Part shown: piece by piece, positions 39,197-52,877 of the stretch
Layout: every line of letters begins with the position of its first letter
Numbering within the stretch: position 1 is the stretch's first letter
Assembly: GCF_001194135.2 (NCBI RefSeq)
Contig: NC_068986.1
Span: forward strand, 103,181,648 to 103,245,647
Length of the DNA stretch: 64,000 nt
Direction: 5' to 3'
Source of the DNA: Octopus bimaculoides
Taxonomy: Eukaryota
The notes under the pieces: generated by a model
Databases searched by the model: none
Told to the model about the DNA's origin: nothing
What the model saw: the letters and a program-made list of their open reading frames with translations, nothing else
Translations under genes and position numbers: made by a program

Positions 39197-40999
39197 NNNN
39201 NNNNNNNNNNNNNNNNNNNNNNNNNNNNNNNNNNNNNNNNNNNNNNNNNNNNNNNNNNNNNNNNNNNNNNNNNNNNNNNNNNNNNNNNNNNNNNNNNNNN
39301 NNNNNNNNNNNNNNNNNNNNNNNNNNNNNNNNNNNNNNNNNNNNNNNNNNNNNNNNNNNNNNNNNNNNNNNNNNNNNNNNNNNNNNNNNNNNNNNNNNNN
39401 NNNNNNNNNNNNNNNNNNNNNNNNNNNNNNNNNNNNNNNNNNNNNNNNNNNNNNNNNNNNNNNNNNNNNNNNNNNNNNNNNNNNNNNNNNNNNNNNNNNN
39501 NNNNNNNNNNNNNNNNNNNNNNNNNNNNNNNNNNNNNNNNNNNNNNNNNNNNNNNNNNNNNNNNNNNNNNNNNNNNNNNNNNNNNNNNNNNNNNNNNNNN
39601 NNNNNNNNNNNNNNNNNNNNNNNNNNNNNNNNNNNNNNNNNNNNNNNNNNNNNNNNNNNNNNNNNNNNNNNNNNNNNNNNNNNNNNNNNNNNNNNNNNNN
39701 NNNNNNNNNNNNNNNNNNNNNNNNNNNNGAATTTTCTCCATTTTTCTGCTTAATTTATATATGTACGTATGTATGTATGTATGTATGTATGTATGTATGT
39801 ATGTATGTATAAATATATATGTGTGTGTGTGTGTGTGTGTGCATCTACATATGTATGCATATATATTTTCATTTGTTTCTAAGTATGTGCATACATATAT
39901 TTGTGCATGTGTATTTCTCATAGTCTGTGTGCGTTTATCCGTCTGTGCGATTCAAATTTATCTATTTCCAATACTTCTAAAAATTACTGAATCTATAGTC
40001 ATTAGTTTAACGGTGAAGCAGTTCTGACGTGCTTTCTTACACTGTTGACCTCAGTCGCTGCTTGCAATGACTTCATTTTTAACAAACTCAACTTCGATGT
40101 TTGTTAAAGTCGAGGTCTAAATGTTGAAATTATCAGGAAATTTTTCCTCCTTCGCAGCACCTATTGTAATATAAATGGCATCATTTATTATCATAATGTT
40201 ACTTTAGTTAATGAAACTGGTTGACAGAAATGTGTGGAAGGTGAAGAAGTGTTAGTATTGAGGGTTAGAGAGTCACAATAATCAAATATTAAAGTATACA
40301 CAAATCATTTTCCCAGAATAACAATTCATATATTTCGATTGTGAAGAACGGTGTGTTAAAAACAATACTCTGCCATTTGTTACGTTACGAAATATTCTAT
40401 ATAAATTCTAATCTTGTATACACATTCATAGATTTTATTTTTATTTTAACAAGACAACAATTTTGTAACCCTAGAAATAAAAACGGTCAAGATATTCCAT
40501 CTAAATATAAAACTGCCACTGAGCACATCAAAATCCTGAAAATTATAAAGGAATTTCATTTCTAGTGAAAGAATTGAAATCCATTAAATAATCCATTTTA
40601 ACACTCTATTATATCCCGTTGATATATCTTTCTTGGGTTCAATCTAAATATTTGAATTTGTTCACAGGGCAGAAGATACGTTATTATTCATTTTAATTAT
40701 AAGAGAACAGAAATAGATTTTCATATGCATGCTTTTCTAAAGTTATTTAACATGTACGAAATGAATTGTGTTCAACCTAAATAGGAAACGAAACTGAGCT
40801 ATTCTGTTTGAGATTGTCCCTTGTTCATTTATAAACCAGCTGACCACCGACTGGGTTACTGTGGAACCCATTCGTGAGGTAGGACATGGTCATATAACGT
40901 TTCCCAGCAAAATAGTATTACTCTAAGTAAATTGCATTTATTTCTGCCGAGATTCAAATCTTGGTGGCGGTTTTCTTTCATTGATAGTCTAGCTTCATT

Positions 41000-41372
41000 T
41001 TGTTGGCACTTCGTCGCTTACGACGTCGAGGGTTCCAGTTGATCCGATCAACGGAACAGCCTGCTCGTGAAATTAACGTGCAAGTGGCTGAGCACTCCAC
41101 AGACACGTGTACGCTTAACGTAGTTCTCGGGATGAGACAGTGTGACAAGGCTGACCATTTGAAATACAGGCACAACAGAAACAGGAAGAAAGAGTGAGAG
41201 AAAGTTGTGGTGAAAGAGTACAGCAAGGTTCGCCACCATCCCCTGCCGGAGCGTCGTGGAGCTTTAGGTATTTTCGCTCAATAAACACTCACAACGCTCG
41301 GTCTGGGCATCGAAACCGCGATCCTATGACCGAGAGTCCGCTGCCCTAACCACTGGGCCATTGGGCCTCCAC
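41000..41372 (-). mobile_element. Full-length SINE family D with perfect 14-bp TSD
   Basis: Reverse complement of the 6170-6551 type; TSD agtctagcttcatt at 40986-40999 and 41373-41386. Confidence 0.92.
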
Positions 41373-42511
41373 AGTCTAGCTTCATTACATCGGTTAATCA
41401 ACAGTCTTGGTTTCACTATGCACAGACTTTCTATTCTCAGTTATAATTTTCTTTATAAATATTCTTTTTAGTGCTGATACAAACAAGCAATGTTAACAGT
41501 AGGAGATATGTGGGCCTCGACGAGCTTCATACTTCACTGACACTTTATTTATTGAAACAGAAGCACCGAATGACTAAGTTGACTTCATGGGGTTTACGTT
41601 AGGGATGTAGAGTCAGGTGGACAGGTGAATAAACATTTTGCCAGAGGCGCCAACAATTCTGTTGGGCACAAGACCTGAAATTTTGGGGTGAGGTAGCTGG
41701 TCAATTATATCGACACCAATGCTCAACTGGTATTTACCAATTCCAGAAAGATGATAAGAGAAATAGACCTCGGCAGAATTTAAACTCAAAATGTTTTAGA
41801 TGTTATAATAATTCAAAGTATATCTACGTCACTGTGATAGTTTTCAGAAACTGTAACACAAATTTAATTTTTATTATTGAGTGAAATATAATTATGTATT
41901 ATATGTCAGTTCCAATGTGATGATAGATTTGTTTCAGCTAGGAAAGGCGTCACATTTGCGAATCAGCGAAGCTGCTTCGTATACTGTTCCTTTGTTTGAA
42001 AAATACTACCGGACCACTTAAGTGACCGAAAGCTATATAACTATGCTATGATAAAAAGCCAATTGACATGACATCATCACATTGAAACATCGAAAGAATT
42101 ACTTTATGATGACTCCTGTAAGAGTTAATAAATGTTGAGATATGACCCGTTATGAGATAATTAGGACTATTAATTTTGGGGACTTCGAAAATTAACTTAT
42201 ATCAAATGTCCATACGCTAAAGAATTTAGAAATATATACGCAGCAAATATCATCAAAACTTTAATAAGTGATGGAAGTTAATATTCACGAATATACTATA
42301 TCCGTATTTTTAAAATTCTGAAAGAAAATAGAAAGTAGATATAGGTTCTCCCTATGATCAAATGCTGGCGCGTGCACACACACGAACACACACACATACA
42401 TACATACATACATATATATATATATGTATGTATATATATACATATACACACAGACATATATATACACATGCATATATATGTATGTATATGTGTATGTATA
42501 CACACACACAA

Positions 42512-42562
<51 letters not shown>

Positions 42563-42565
<3 letters not shown>

Positions 42566-42709
42566 TTGTGTTTGTTCCCCCACCATCGCTTGACAACCAA
42601 TGTTAGTATGTTTACGTTCCTGTAAGTTAGTGGTTCGGCAAAAGAGACCAATAGATTAAAAGGCGGTGCTATAGCATGGCCACAGTCAAATGACTGAAAC
42701 AAATAAAAG
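42563..42709 (+). mobile_element. SINE family A 3' half, internally deleted
   Basis: catcgcttgacaacc..ttagtggttcggcaaaagagacc..aaggcggtgct..cagtcaaatgactgaaaca. Confidence 0.75.
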
Positions 42710-45700
42710 AAAAAATTGCACACATACACATACACATATAAAAAATTCTTTCCGCAATACAGCTTATGGATAGATCCTGATTTTGTGTTTGTTAGTGGAA
42801 TGCAATGCTTCTCTGAAACATTATACAAATACTCGTCACCAAGTTATGGCCATGGTGCATATTAAATTGAAATAAGCTGCGCATCTAACACAAGAACTTA
42901 AATATAGCAGATGAATGTACAAAAACTGGGATCCAAGTTACATTAGAAATTAAACATCGAAACAACAAGCATGGCCAGAATTGCTGTAAGCACATCGCCA
43001 TTCATTGGATCGCTCAATATGTCGGCTATAATTCCAATGCCTGGTATCGTTTCGGTGAAGATGAAAGAAGCTCCTGTTAAGCACCGGGATTGATATAATC
43101 GCCAAACCATTCTCTTCACCATTGCCGCTCTTGTACCAAAATTAGTGTAATTCAATGCTTTCACTTGTAATACTCATTCAGAGTGGACGATTAAAATATA
43201 TATATATATATATACATATTTTTGTCAGTAGTATTTAAGTTGAGGAAAATAAGGCCATCATAAAGCTGTTCAGTATTAAAAACTGAAAAATCTGTGAAAT
43301 TATTTATTAGGTTGTGTTTATCAGAGAAACGAATATTGAACACGTTATTGAAAAATTTGATCAATATTATTAAAATGCGTTGTACTGCAAGAATCAGGGT
43401 AGAGAGAAATTCTATTAGTATTGATTAACAGGACATAACCATGCAGTGATTATACTGATGAAGTTTACAGCTAAAAGTCATTCTATCGAAGCTAACTGTG
43501 CGCTGGATGATTGATCCCGACAGTTGCGGGTCAGTTACCCAAAACACAACTCGTGAAAAGTAATGTCAGTTTTGATAGAACATATCCCTCCCAATCCAGA
43601 AAACTGAATCCACATAGGACACCCTCTAAATCCAGAACAAAGCAACATTACATTGTATTTTACCTATTCTTCTATTCGACAATAGTACTAGAATAGGCAG
43701 GTTTATTCAATTTTCGATAATTATAAAATTTGAGTTGATATCCATTGTTATGAGAAATGTTGTACAGATGCGACTACCAAAACAGCTGTAACATTATTCA
43801 ATCAACTTTCAACGTTACACAACGTTGTGAATGTTAACATCTTTCCTTTTGTCTATGGTGTAATGGCCAGAAAACTGACAGGGCTGACGAGGTTTTCTTA
43901 GAAAATAGTAATCCTTAAATTCAACCGCATCATTTAACATAATAAAGACGCATTTTGAAAGAATGGCCATTAATGCATTTAGAGTAGCTTTACCAAATTT
44001 AACTTAAAATGGTCGTTTTGTTGATTCTGTTTTTATTATTTTTTCATTTCTCCCAATGCATATTTCATTGCATTCAAACAAATGGTGCGCAGCAACCGTA
44101 TGGAATTCACACAGAATTTGCATTGAAATGTTCATATTGCAGCCTATGCACACGTGCCTTTTTAAAATGTCGTTCTTTGTTTCCAAAATTTATGCGACAA
44201 TAATGGCCAGTTTCCGATTATATACATATAACATGTGGACTGGAAATACAGAATGTCGCCAACTACGTCGACATCTTTACTTTGAATACAAACTTCGGAA
44301 TTATTTTGCATCTGCCTGGGAAGGTGCCTCTAGGACAGACATCGATCATACAGCGAATTGATCGAGAGATAGCATCGTATAATCAGAATTTTTTTTTTTT
44401 TTTTTTAGAAATATTGAAAAAGAAACAATCAAGAAACGAAATAATTGAATTCTATGTCGCCAGTGCAGATATTCCACATCACAAAAACAAATATAAAATA
44501 TACAGCTACCAGAATTCAACACATCACCAATGAATAACAAAATCGCGAAATAATGGATTATTTAAGAGCCAATGCTCATAACTTTTCTTTTAGAACTTTT
44601 TCTGACTCCAATTTAAAATAGCATTACCATTTTACAGCATTATTTTGTGATTCTATATTTAAAAGTAACTTCAGTGTGTTTTTGCTATATATATTGAGAA
44701 AATTTGATATTAATAAATTTTCTCTTTGAAATTCTTTTTCGTTGTTAATGTAATTCGACTTATTTACCCTGCAAATATAAAGAAAGTATAAAATAAATAA
44801 TGTTTAGCAATGAATTTACAGTGCTAGTAAAAAGCATGATAATCAATTTACCAACGATGTATTCGTTCAGCCGATCAAATTATAGTTGATGTATTTACTG
44901 TAATGGAATGACCCAAGTTATTTTACACCGATACACTTTAGTCATTATATGGTAAACCGTATCGGATATACATCGGCAAGTATATTACATTCTTTCCATT
45001 CTTGAAGGGCTTTTGGTCCCAGGTTGCAACCACTGCGCTTCCACATCAATAAACAACTGTACAAAAGAAACGAAAATCTCTGATTGAAAGTCAATTTATG
45101 TGTGAGTAAGTGACCGTATTTTTGTGACTAATAATGAAACAGGCAACTTCACCTCATTTCAGAAGACCACGTACAATGGTCGCATGATTTGTTCGGAATA
45201 ACCGTCAAATCTCCCTCATATTATTCCTACTGTTTTGACAAAGCTCGGACACAATAGGAGTGTAGAAATATGAATTTATCTCTAATAATGCTTTCAAATT
45301 TTGGGACAAAGCCAACAACTTTAGACAAGGTGGTATATTGATTTCATTACCTCCAGTGCTGAACATTTTCTTAACTCTCAACCCTGAAGGGACAAAAAAA
45401 AAATCAAAGTCGACCTCGAAATTTGTGCTCAATAGCAGTTAAGCATTTTGCCGATGCAGTAAATATTCCGCCAGCTCACTGCCTTAATGATAATAATAGT
45501 AATTTTTTTTTCAATTTCGCCACAGGACTAACGGTTTTGAGCGGTGGGGTCAAGACAACCTTATCTACCGCAGTTCATCAGCGCTACATTATTTTATTGA
45601 ACCCGAAAGGAAGAAAGACAAAGCTTACCCCGGCGCAATTTGAAATGAGAAAAAATGTGTCGGTATATATGACGCAAAATATTTTTTCCTGACCCTCTAG

Positions 45701-45950
45701 AGGTTCTACCACCTCACCGCCTTTCGTCTGAAATTTTTGGTACAGGGCCAGCAGTTTTAGGGGAAGTCGATTTCATTGATCCCAGTGATCAATCACTACT
45801 TGTTTTATCGACCCTAAAATGACTAAAGGCGATTTCGATTCGGTGGAATTTGAGTTCAACGTGTAAATAGCCTGAACAAAAGTAATTAAGCATTTTGTTG
45901 ACGCGCTAAATATTATGCAGCACGCAACGTTAATGATGACAGTCATAAAA

Positions 45951-46245
45951 CAGTTCTATATTTAAAAGATGAGGAATTATGTACATTATTTACATTGTTT
46001 ACATTCGATGGATATTTGTCCTCATCTTGTTACTTGTTAACACAACGTTTCGGCTGATATACCCTCCAGCATTCATCAGGTATCTTGGGGAAATTTCGAA
46101 TCTGGGTTCTCATTCCTAAAGTATTTTTGATGTTGTTGTTGTTGCTATTATTATTATTATTATTATTATTCACATCACTGCTTGGAATCGAACTCGGAAT
46201 CTTGGGGTTAGTAGCCCTCGCTCTTAACCACTACACCATATGCCC
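45951..46245 (-). mobile_element. tRNA-headed short element with (AAT)n spacer and 3' hammerhead ribozyme motif (full copy)
   Basis: Head gggcatatggtgtagtggttaagagc..ccgagttcgattcc (A and B boxes); HHR gatac-CTGATGA-a-tgctg..cagcc-GAAAC-GTT-gtgtt at 46039-46084. Confidence 0.8.
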
Positions 46246-46266
46246 GAGTTCGATTCCAAGCAGAGA

Positions 46267-46340
<74 letters not shown>

Positions 46341-46479
46341 TCGAAGAATACCTTGGGAATGAGAACCCAGGTTCGAAATTTCCCCAAGACACCTGATGAA
46401 GACTGGAGGGTATCTCAGCCGAAACGTTGTGTTAACTACAAACAAGATGAGAACAAATATCCGTCGAATGTAAATAATG
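46244..46479 (+). mobile_element. Inverted, 5'-truncated second copy of the hammerhead-bearing element
   Basis: Starts at the B box (ccgagttcgattcc), with a 2-bp cc microhomology at the junction; (aat)n; matches the reverse complement of about 45985-46197. Confidence 0.85.
46388..46433 (+). ncRNA. Minimal type I hammerhead ribozyme motif
   Basis: Stem I gacac/gtgtt; core CTGATGA (46393-46399); extra A; stem II gactg/cagcc (1 mismatch); GAAAC (46421-46425); GTT cleavage triplet (46426-46428); palindromic AACGTT stem III with no loop. Confidence 0.65.
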
Positions 46480-47704
46480 GACAGTCGTAATAGTTATAAT
46501 AATTTTGCCACAAGACTAGAAATTTTGAGGGGATGGCGTCGAGTCGAATTTATTTACCTCAGTTCTTAAGTGGTACTTTATTTTATTGAATCCGAAATGA
46601 AAGAAGGCAAAGTTGACCCTGGTGGAATTTGAACGCAGAACGTAACGTTTCGGTATAAATGACACAAAACACTTTTTCGTGCCCCTCTAAAAGTTCTGCC
46701 AACTCTCCATTTAGTTTAAAATTTTGTGACACGGACAAGGACTTTAGAGGAAGGATGTATGTCGAGGTATATCGATTACATTGAACCCAGTGCTTAACTA
46801 GTACTTCTTTTGTCGACTCTGAAACGATGAATGCCAAAGTCGATCCGAGCGGAATTTGAGCTCAAATCATAAAGAGCTGCTACAAATACCTCTACGCGCT
46901 TTTCTCGACGCGCGAATAATTCTACCATATGGCTATCTTACACACAGCTAGACATGAAATGTAGCTAATACCGGACGAATATTATCTTAAGTGAAATTCC
47001 CCATTAGATAAATGTTATACTTAAAGAAATATTATGCAAATATATTTAATATACCAATATTTTACATCATCTGCAAATTATTCTAAGAAAAATTTTAGGC
47101 AATTACCATTCCATAAACATTTTACTACCATCAAAGTCTTTTTTAAAAAGACGCAAAAATCATATTAACCTCTGAATTTTCAACCGAAATGTTTTACCGT
47201 AGACGTTAAAGTATATTATCAATCAAATGATTTAAAATTTTACTAATTATGCAAATATAATTCAAATAATTTATAAAACGTCAACTACTACTCGAAACGA
47301 AGAGATAACAGACAAACGCAATGAATTTCAATTGTTACGCATATGCATATAGATGTACATACTGATATATACACATATACACACATTTACATATACATAC
47401 AAGGCAAAAATATATAATACTATGGTTTCTCCTTCACTGTCACTTGCTCCTTTACACTTTATACAAACACTCACAGATACACACACTTTTATACATACCT
47501 ATCTTTTACATCTATATATGTAAGTATATATGTATGCATGCATGTGCATGTATACATTTGTATATGTATTATGCATGCATGCATGTGTGCGTGTATGTGT
47601 GCGTTGCATGTTTGTGAATGTGTCTGCCTGTGTGTTTGTATGTGTGTATGCATGTGCATCCATATATACATGCATATGTATATCTATATCTGTACATATA
47701 TGGA

Positions 47705-47742
<38 letters not shown>

Positions 47743-48100
47743 NNNNNNNNNNNNNNNNNNNNNNNNNNNNNNNNNNNNNNNNNNNNNNNNNNNNNNNNNN
47801 NNNNNNNNNNNNNNNNNNNNNNNNNNNNNNNNNNNNNNNNNNNNNNNNNNNNNNNNNNNNNNNNNNNNNNNNNNNNNNNNNNNNNNNNNNNNNNNNNNNN
47901 NNNNNNNNNNNNNNNNNNNNNNNNNNNNNNNNNNNNNNNNNNNNNNNNNNNNNNNNNNNNNNNNNNNNNNNNNNNNNNNNNNNNNNNNNNNNNNNNNNNN
48001 NNNNNNNNNNNNNNNNNNNNNNNNNNNNNNNNNNNNNNNNNNNNNNNNNNNNNNNNNNNNNNNNNNNNNNNNNNNNNNNNNNNNNNNNNNNNNNNNNNNN

Positions 48101-48142
<42 letters not shown>

Positions 48143-48302
48143 TTCCTAAGCATTTATTTATGTAATACTCTTGAATACTCTTTTTCAATCTCTCATAATA
48201 TTAAGGAAAATGAAATATGAATAATTGTCATGTTGCTAATGTTAGATATGACAGATTGAAATCATAAAAAAAGAAAAATGGCTGTCCACTGTATTTACTC
48301 AC

Positions 48303-48400
48303 CTGATGTTGGCATTAAACCTGTTCATTATTGACTTTTGTATTCGAGGACGTGAAAACAGTAGGTTGCCACAAGTACTTCTTAAACGTTTATCTACGAC
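48303..48400 (-). other. Candidate exon (98 nt)
   Basis: Acceptor ttgttatggttgtttaacAG|G, donor CAG|GTGAGT; only frame 0 open: VVDKRLRSTCGNLLFSRPRIQKSIMNRFNANI. No recognised homology. Confidence 0.25.
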
Positions 48401-49100
48401 CTGTTAAACAACCATAACAAGTTATTTGTTTAAATACTTCTACAGTGATGTGTCGACATCTCTTTAATACGAGACTCCATCAGATAGCGGAATAGTGTCA
48501 AAAGCTAGCAAATTGTTTTGATTTTTTGGTTAAATTTTTGTTGCTCTTATTCTTCTGATTGCTGTGGGTTTTTTTGTTTTTTTTCTTATATTTCTTATTC
48601 TTCTTTTTCTACTACAATCATTACTGTTACTACAACTACTACTATTGCGACTTCTTTTAAATGTGATAAAATGCAACTTTAAAAGAAGAATTCACAAGAT
48701 AAATAGAACTTTGTCAATAATTTGACGGAGCAAAAGATCAAGTAGCAACTTCAACTGAGAAAATCGATTTCTCACAAAGAAAATGTTGTTAAACAAGTTT
48801 AAATCAAGTAGGTTTGAGAATGAAACGAAAAGAAAAGAGAAGGAAAAATATTGAAGACAAAAGAGAATAGCTAACGTTACTGTTATAATAGTTGGTTCAA
48901 ACACAATAGGCCTGATAGCAAACCTCGACCCGTTCTATGACCCGGTTTCAATTACAGATTGCAGATAAATTTTCCATTTTCCTAACAACTGATTGTAAGG
49001 CTAAAACATTCATAGTTAACATGTTCTTCCTCTCTCTTTCCCTCTCCGTCACGCTCACTCTGTATCCCCCTTCTCTTCCCCTCCTAACTCTCTCTCTCTC

Positions 49101-49138
<38 letters not shown>

Positions 49139-49382
49139 TCTCTCTCTCTCCCTCTCTATCTATCTATCTATCTATCTATTTACCTCTCTTCAAGCGGTAA
49201 CCCAACTTCATTTCATAACCCTGTACGATATAACATTGTGATTCATTCCTTGTTTCAAACTAGAATGTAGATCATATTCACACACGCGTGGTGCGTAAGC
49301 ACACACAGAGATTTGTACCTGTATGTGTATATNNNNNNNNNNNNNNNNNNNNNNNNNNNNNNNNNNNNNNNNNNNNNNNNNN

Positions 49383-49421
<39 letters not shown>

Positions 49422-49728
49422 ATATATACGCGCATACACACAAAGATACATACTTATACACTTACATATATATATAATGTTTATAGCAACCAAATGTCTG
49501 TGCCACACCTTAGCTCACTCGCTCCGTCGAATTTGCGTTGTCTGAACAAGTGCATGGTTCAGCACGCGTTAGGTGTTGATGTGATCGCATATCAATATGG
49601 GATAAAGTGTTTTTCTCAAAGATAATACGCACCACCCACTCTAGGATTTGAAATCTCGACGGCTAGATCATGAATGTAACACGCTAAACACTAAACCGTG
49701 TACCCTCACATATGTATGAGTATATGTT

Positions 49729-49782
<54 letters not shown>

Positions 49783-50039
49783 TGTGTGCATAATTATATA
49801 TGTACCGCACTTAGAAAATAAACATTGCGGTCGATTTGTTCGACTAACATCTCCTTCCAGGCAACATTCCAGTATGGCCACAAGTGAATGACGTCGACAA
49901 TTAAATGTAAAGAATAAAAATGTGTGTAATAAAAATATTTGTATATATATACAAAGTATGGGGGGGGGTTAATTTACAAGTGATCCAAACTATTAGGTGC
50001 GCTTGGTAAGTGCTGTAACGGATTACTAGGGCTCCAAGG

Positions 50040-50620
50040 TTATAACCGAGACGGTAGTTATGTAGCCATTGCTGATTTCCGATATAGCAGTTCGGTTTTT
50101 GGTGTTATAGGCCGATCGGTTGGTGTTTTAACTGCATCACACGTATAGTAATCCATGGGATTACAATCGGGAGAATTAGTAGGCCAAACATAGGGGTTTA
50201 TGGAGTTGTAGAAATTCTCCGAAACTTTCTGGAGGATGGCCAAGAACAGAGTGCTGATACCACACATATGGCCGTCAAGCAGCAATTATTTCCAGCCGGT
50301 AGATTGATGAGAGACTCAAGCAGCTTCACGTAACCTTCTGAATTGGACCTCAGACTCTGTTGAGCGATGCGGTGATTACCGACGTTTGGACGGTGTCTGA
50401 ACACCTGATGTATTCCTTCTTGCTGATCAGGACTTTGTAGTCTCCGTTGCAACTGTCCGTGTCACGTTTTACTGTTCCTACAGTGTTTCCAGAGCGCTCA
50501 ACAGTATTTACGAAATCCGCATTTCGACACGCGTTACGAATCGTCATGAAACATGTAATTCGTTTCCAATATTCAAATGGCTTCCAGTCATCCATGTCAG
50601 CTAACATTTTTTCAAGTACG
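50040..50620 (-). mobile_element. Degenerate, internally deleted DD37D (maT-type) transposon
   Basis: N-terminal FMTIRNACRNADF..NGDYKVLISKKEYIRCSDTVQT; catalytic end YVWPTNSPDCNPMDYY, homologous to the 25048-25560 copy. Confidence 0.7.
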
Positions 50621-51072
50621 TCTTTAATCTGTATGCTCACCAACACCGTTGACTTTTCACCAATACGTCGAGCTGTCCATGAAAGAAAAAGGGGCATAAA
50701 CAGTATTGAAATTCATCCCGAATACCCTGCAGAGTATTGTACCTTGTCATTTCATCTGTTGATATTGGTTCCGAGATGTGTTTGATTTCATCTGACTAAA
50801 GCTATACAACTAAGGGATAAAGAAAAACTATGCACAATAAATCATTTCGTCCCAGTTGAAGCATTAAAGAATATTCTATCCTATCACTATATCTCATATT
50901 TTGTATGGAAGAAATTTACGATGAGATTTCGGCTTTCCTATGAAACCATTTCACTTCTTTTATATATTTGTTTTTCAAATGAAAAAAGCAGTCTTTACAT
51001 CATCTTTTACTTGTGTTTTTCCGAGTTATATACGATTTTGTTCCTAATGACAAAAAATGAAACAAAGATATT

Positions 51073-51750
51073 ATACCGGTGAACTAGCAGAATCGTTACC
51101 GTATCGGTCAAAATGCTTATCAACATTTCCTCATGCCTTTTTTTTTTTTCTATCAAGTTCACATATCACCGATGTCAACTCTACCTTCCATCCCCTTTGG
51201 ATGGGGAGATTGATAAAATAAGTACCAGTTAAGTACTGGGGTCGATTCAATCGATTGCTCCCTCTCTTCGAAACTGCTGATATGTATCAAAATTAGAAAC
51301 AATATTATATGTCTGAGGAACGCGCGAACCGACAGAAATCTCAGCCAAATACTTAGTAGCAGTTCGCCTGTCTTTACGTTCAGACTTCAAATTCCGCCGA
51401 GGTCATCTTTGCTTTTCATCTTTTCCGAATGGATAAAATAAGTACCAGTTCAACTTCGGGGCCCATAAGTTCAACTTGCCCGCTCACCCTAAATCGCTGG
51501 CCTTGTGCCAAAATTTGAACTAAATATTCATTTAAGGCGGTGATCTGGGAGAATCGTTAGCAAGCCGGGCGAAATACTTAGCGGCTATTGGTCCGTCATT
51601 TTATGTTCAGAATTCAAATTCCACCGAATTGTTTTACCTTTTTTTTTGAGTCGATAAAGTAAAGTACCAGTTAAGCATTGGAGAAGATGTAATCGATTTA
51701 GCCTTTACCCCAAAATTGCTGGCCTTGTGCTTAAATGTGAAGACAATAGT
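51073..51750 (+). mobile_element. Three head-to-tail degenerate SINE B copies
   Basis: gataaa(a/g)taagtaccagtt recurs at about 51215, 51435 and 51655; tails ggccttgtgc. Confidence 0.7.
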
Positions 51751-52877
51751 TATGAAATCTAGGAGCCAAATACGGAGACTCTTCATGATTATTTGAACTA
51801 TCGGGAAATAACTGTAAAATTCCATTTTACCATCTTAGATTGATTAATGTTGTCTGAAATGTATTATATTTGATATCTGAACGAATGTTGATGATTGCGA
51901 AACATTTGATCATGGGTTGGCTAGATCACAAATAAGAATTAACAGCAGTTTAAATTCACTTAACTAACACCGCTAATATTCTCGCCAGCAAATATACGTC
52001 AATCATCCTAGATTTGGTTTTATTTCCCTAATTTCTTTTGTGAGCAACCAAGAAAAAAAAGTTATATCACAATAGAGAGTGCCACGTTATAGATGCAGGT
52101 TGAGATTATTTGCTAATTACCAGTAAAGTATTGGCGTCTTGATCTTTATCAAGACTTTTTTTATTTATTATTTTTTCTTTCTTGGCAAATTTTGATCTGA
52201 TACAAAATGCGACAAGCCGTTTACAATGAGCGAACGTTTTCCAATGTTATTTTATATTTTATTTCTTTTACAATATAATTTTAGTGTGCAGTACAGTATG
52301 TCTGTGACATACTCAGAAATAAATTGTTCATATAACAGTACAATGTACAGGGGAAGTAGCTTATTTAATCTTAACAAGCATGACTTCGCGAAATTCTTTC
52401 TCCTAAAGGCACAAGTTCTCCAACTGCGGGTGGGGGAGGTTATAATTGATTACATCGATCCCAATGTCAACTGACAGTTATTCTATCAAGCCCCAAACGA
52501 TGAAAGGCGAAGCTTGAATTCAGAACGTAAAGCCGGAAAAACCCACAAAATATTTTTGCCTGACGGCTTGGCGAAATAAGATACATTATATAGTGGGCAA
52601 CTGATAAAGTCATTAGACTGCCGGATGCATTTCTTTTCAATAATCATTCAATTTCTGGCTCTCTACGTTCTGAGTTCAAATCGGGCCATCTTCATTATTT
52701 TTCAGGATGTATAAACAAAGTGCAGTTTATGTAGGTGGCGGTCACTCTTCAGTTCTTCAAGCTATTTTTCCTGCCCTTCTCTTTCCTCTCCTTTTAGAAG
52801 AAAATAACTGTGAACAGATGTAGTAGAATAGGGATTCTACCGTGTCTAAAATTATATATGAGTGTATGTATGTATGT

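Larger units (their letters stand above)
45280..46935 (-). mobile_element. Cluster of about five degenerate SINE B copies, all minus strand, interrupted by the hammerhead element
   Basis: Recurrent aaagtcgacc..ggaatttga..aagcatttt..ccagctcactgcctt remnants at about 45280, 45510, 45730, 46500 and 46730. Confidence 0.6.

Noticed and set aside
43450-43490. ctgatgaag...aaaagtc as another hammerhead
   Set aside because: No GAAA and no stem II pairing.
44009-44203. 64-aa ORF with signal-peptide-like start
   Set aside because: The hydrophobic start is explained by T-rich composition; no other coding support.
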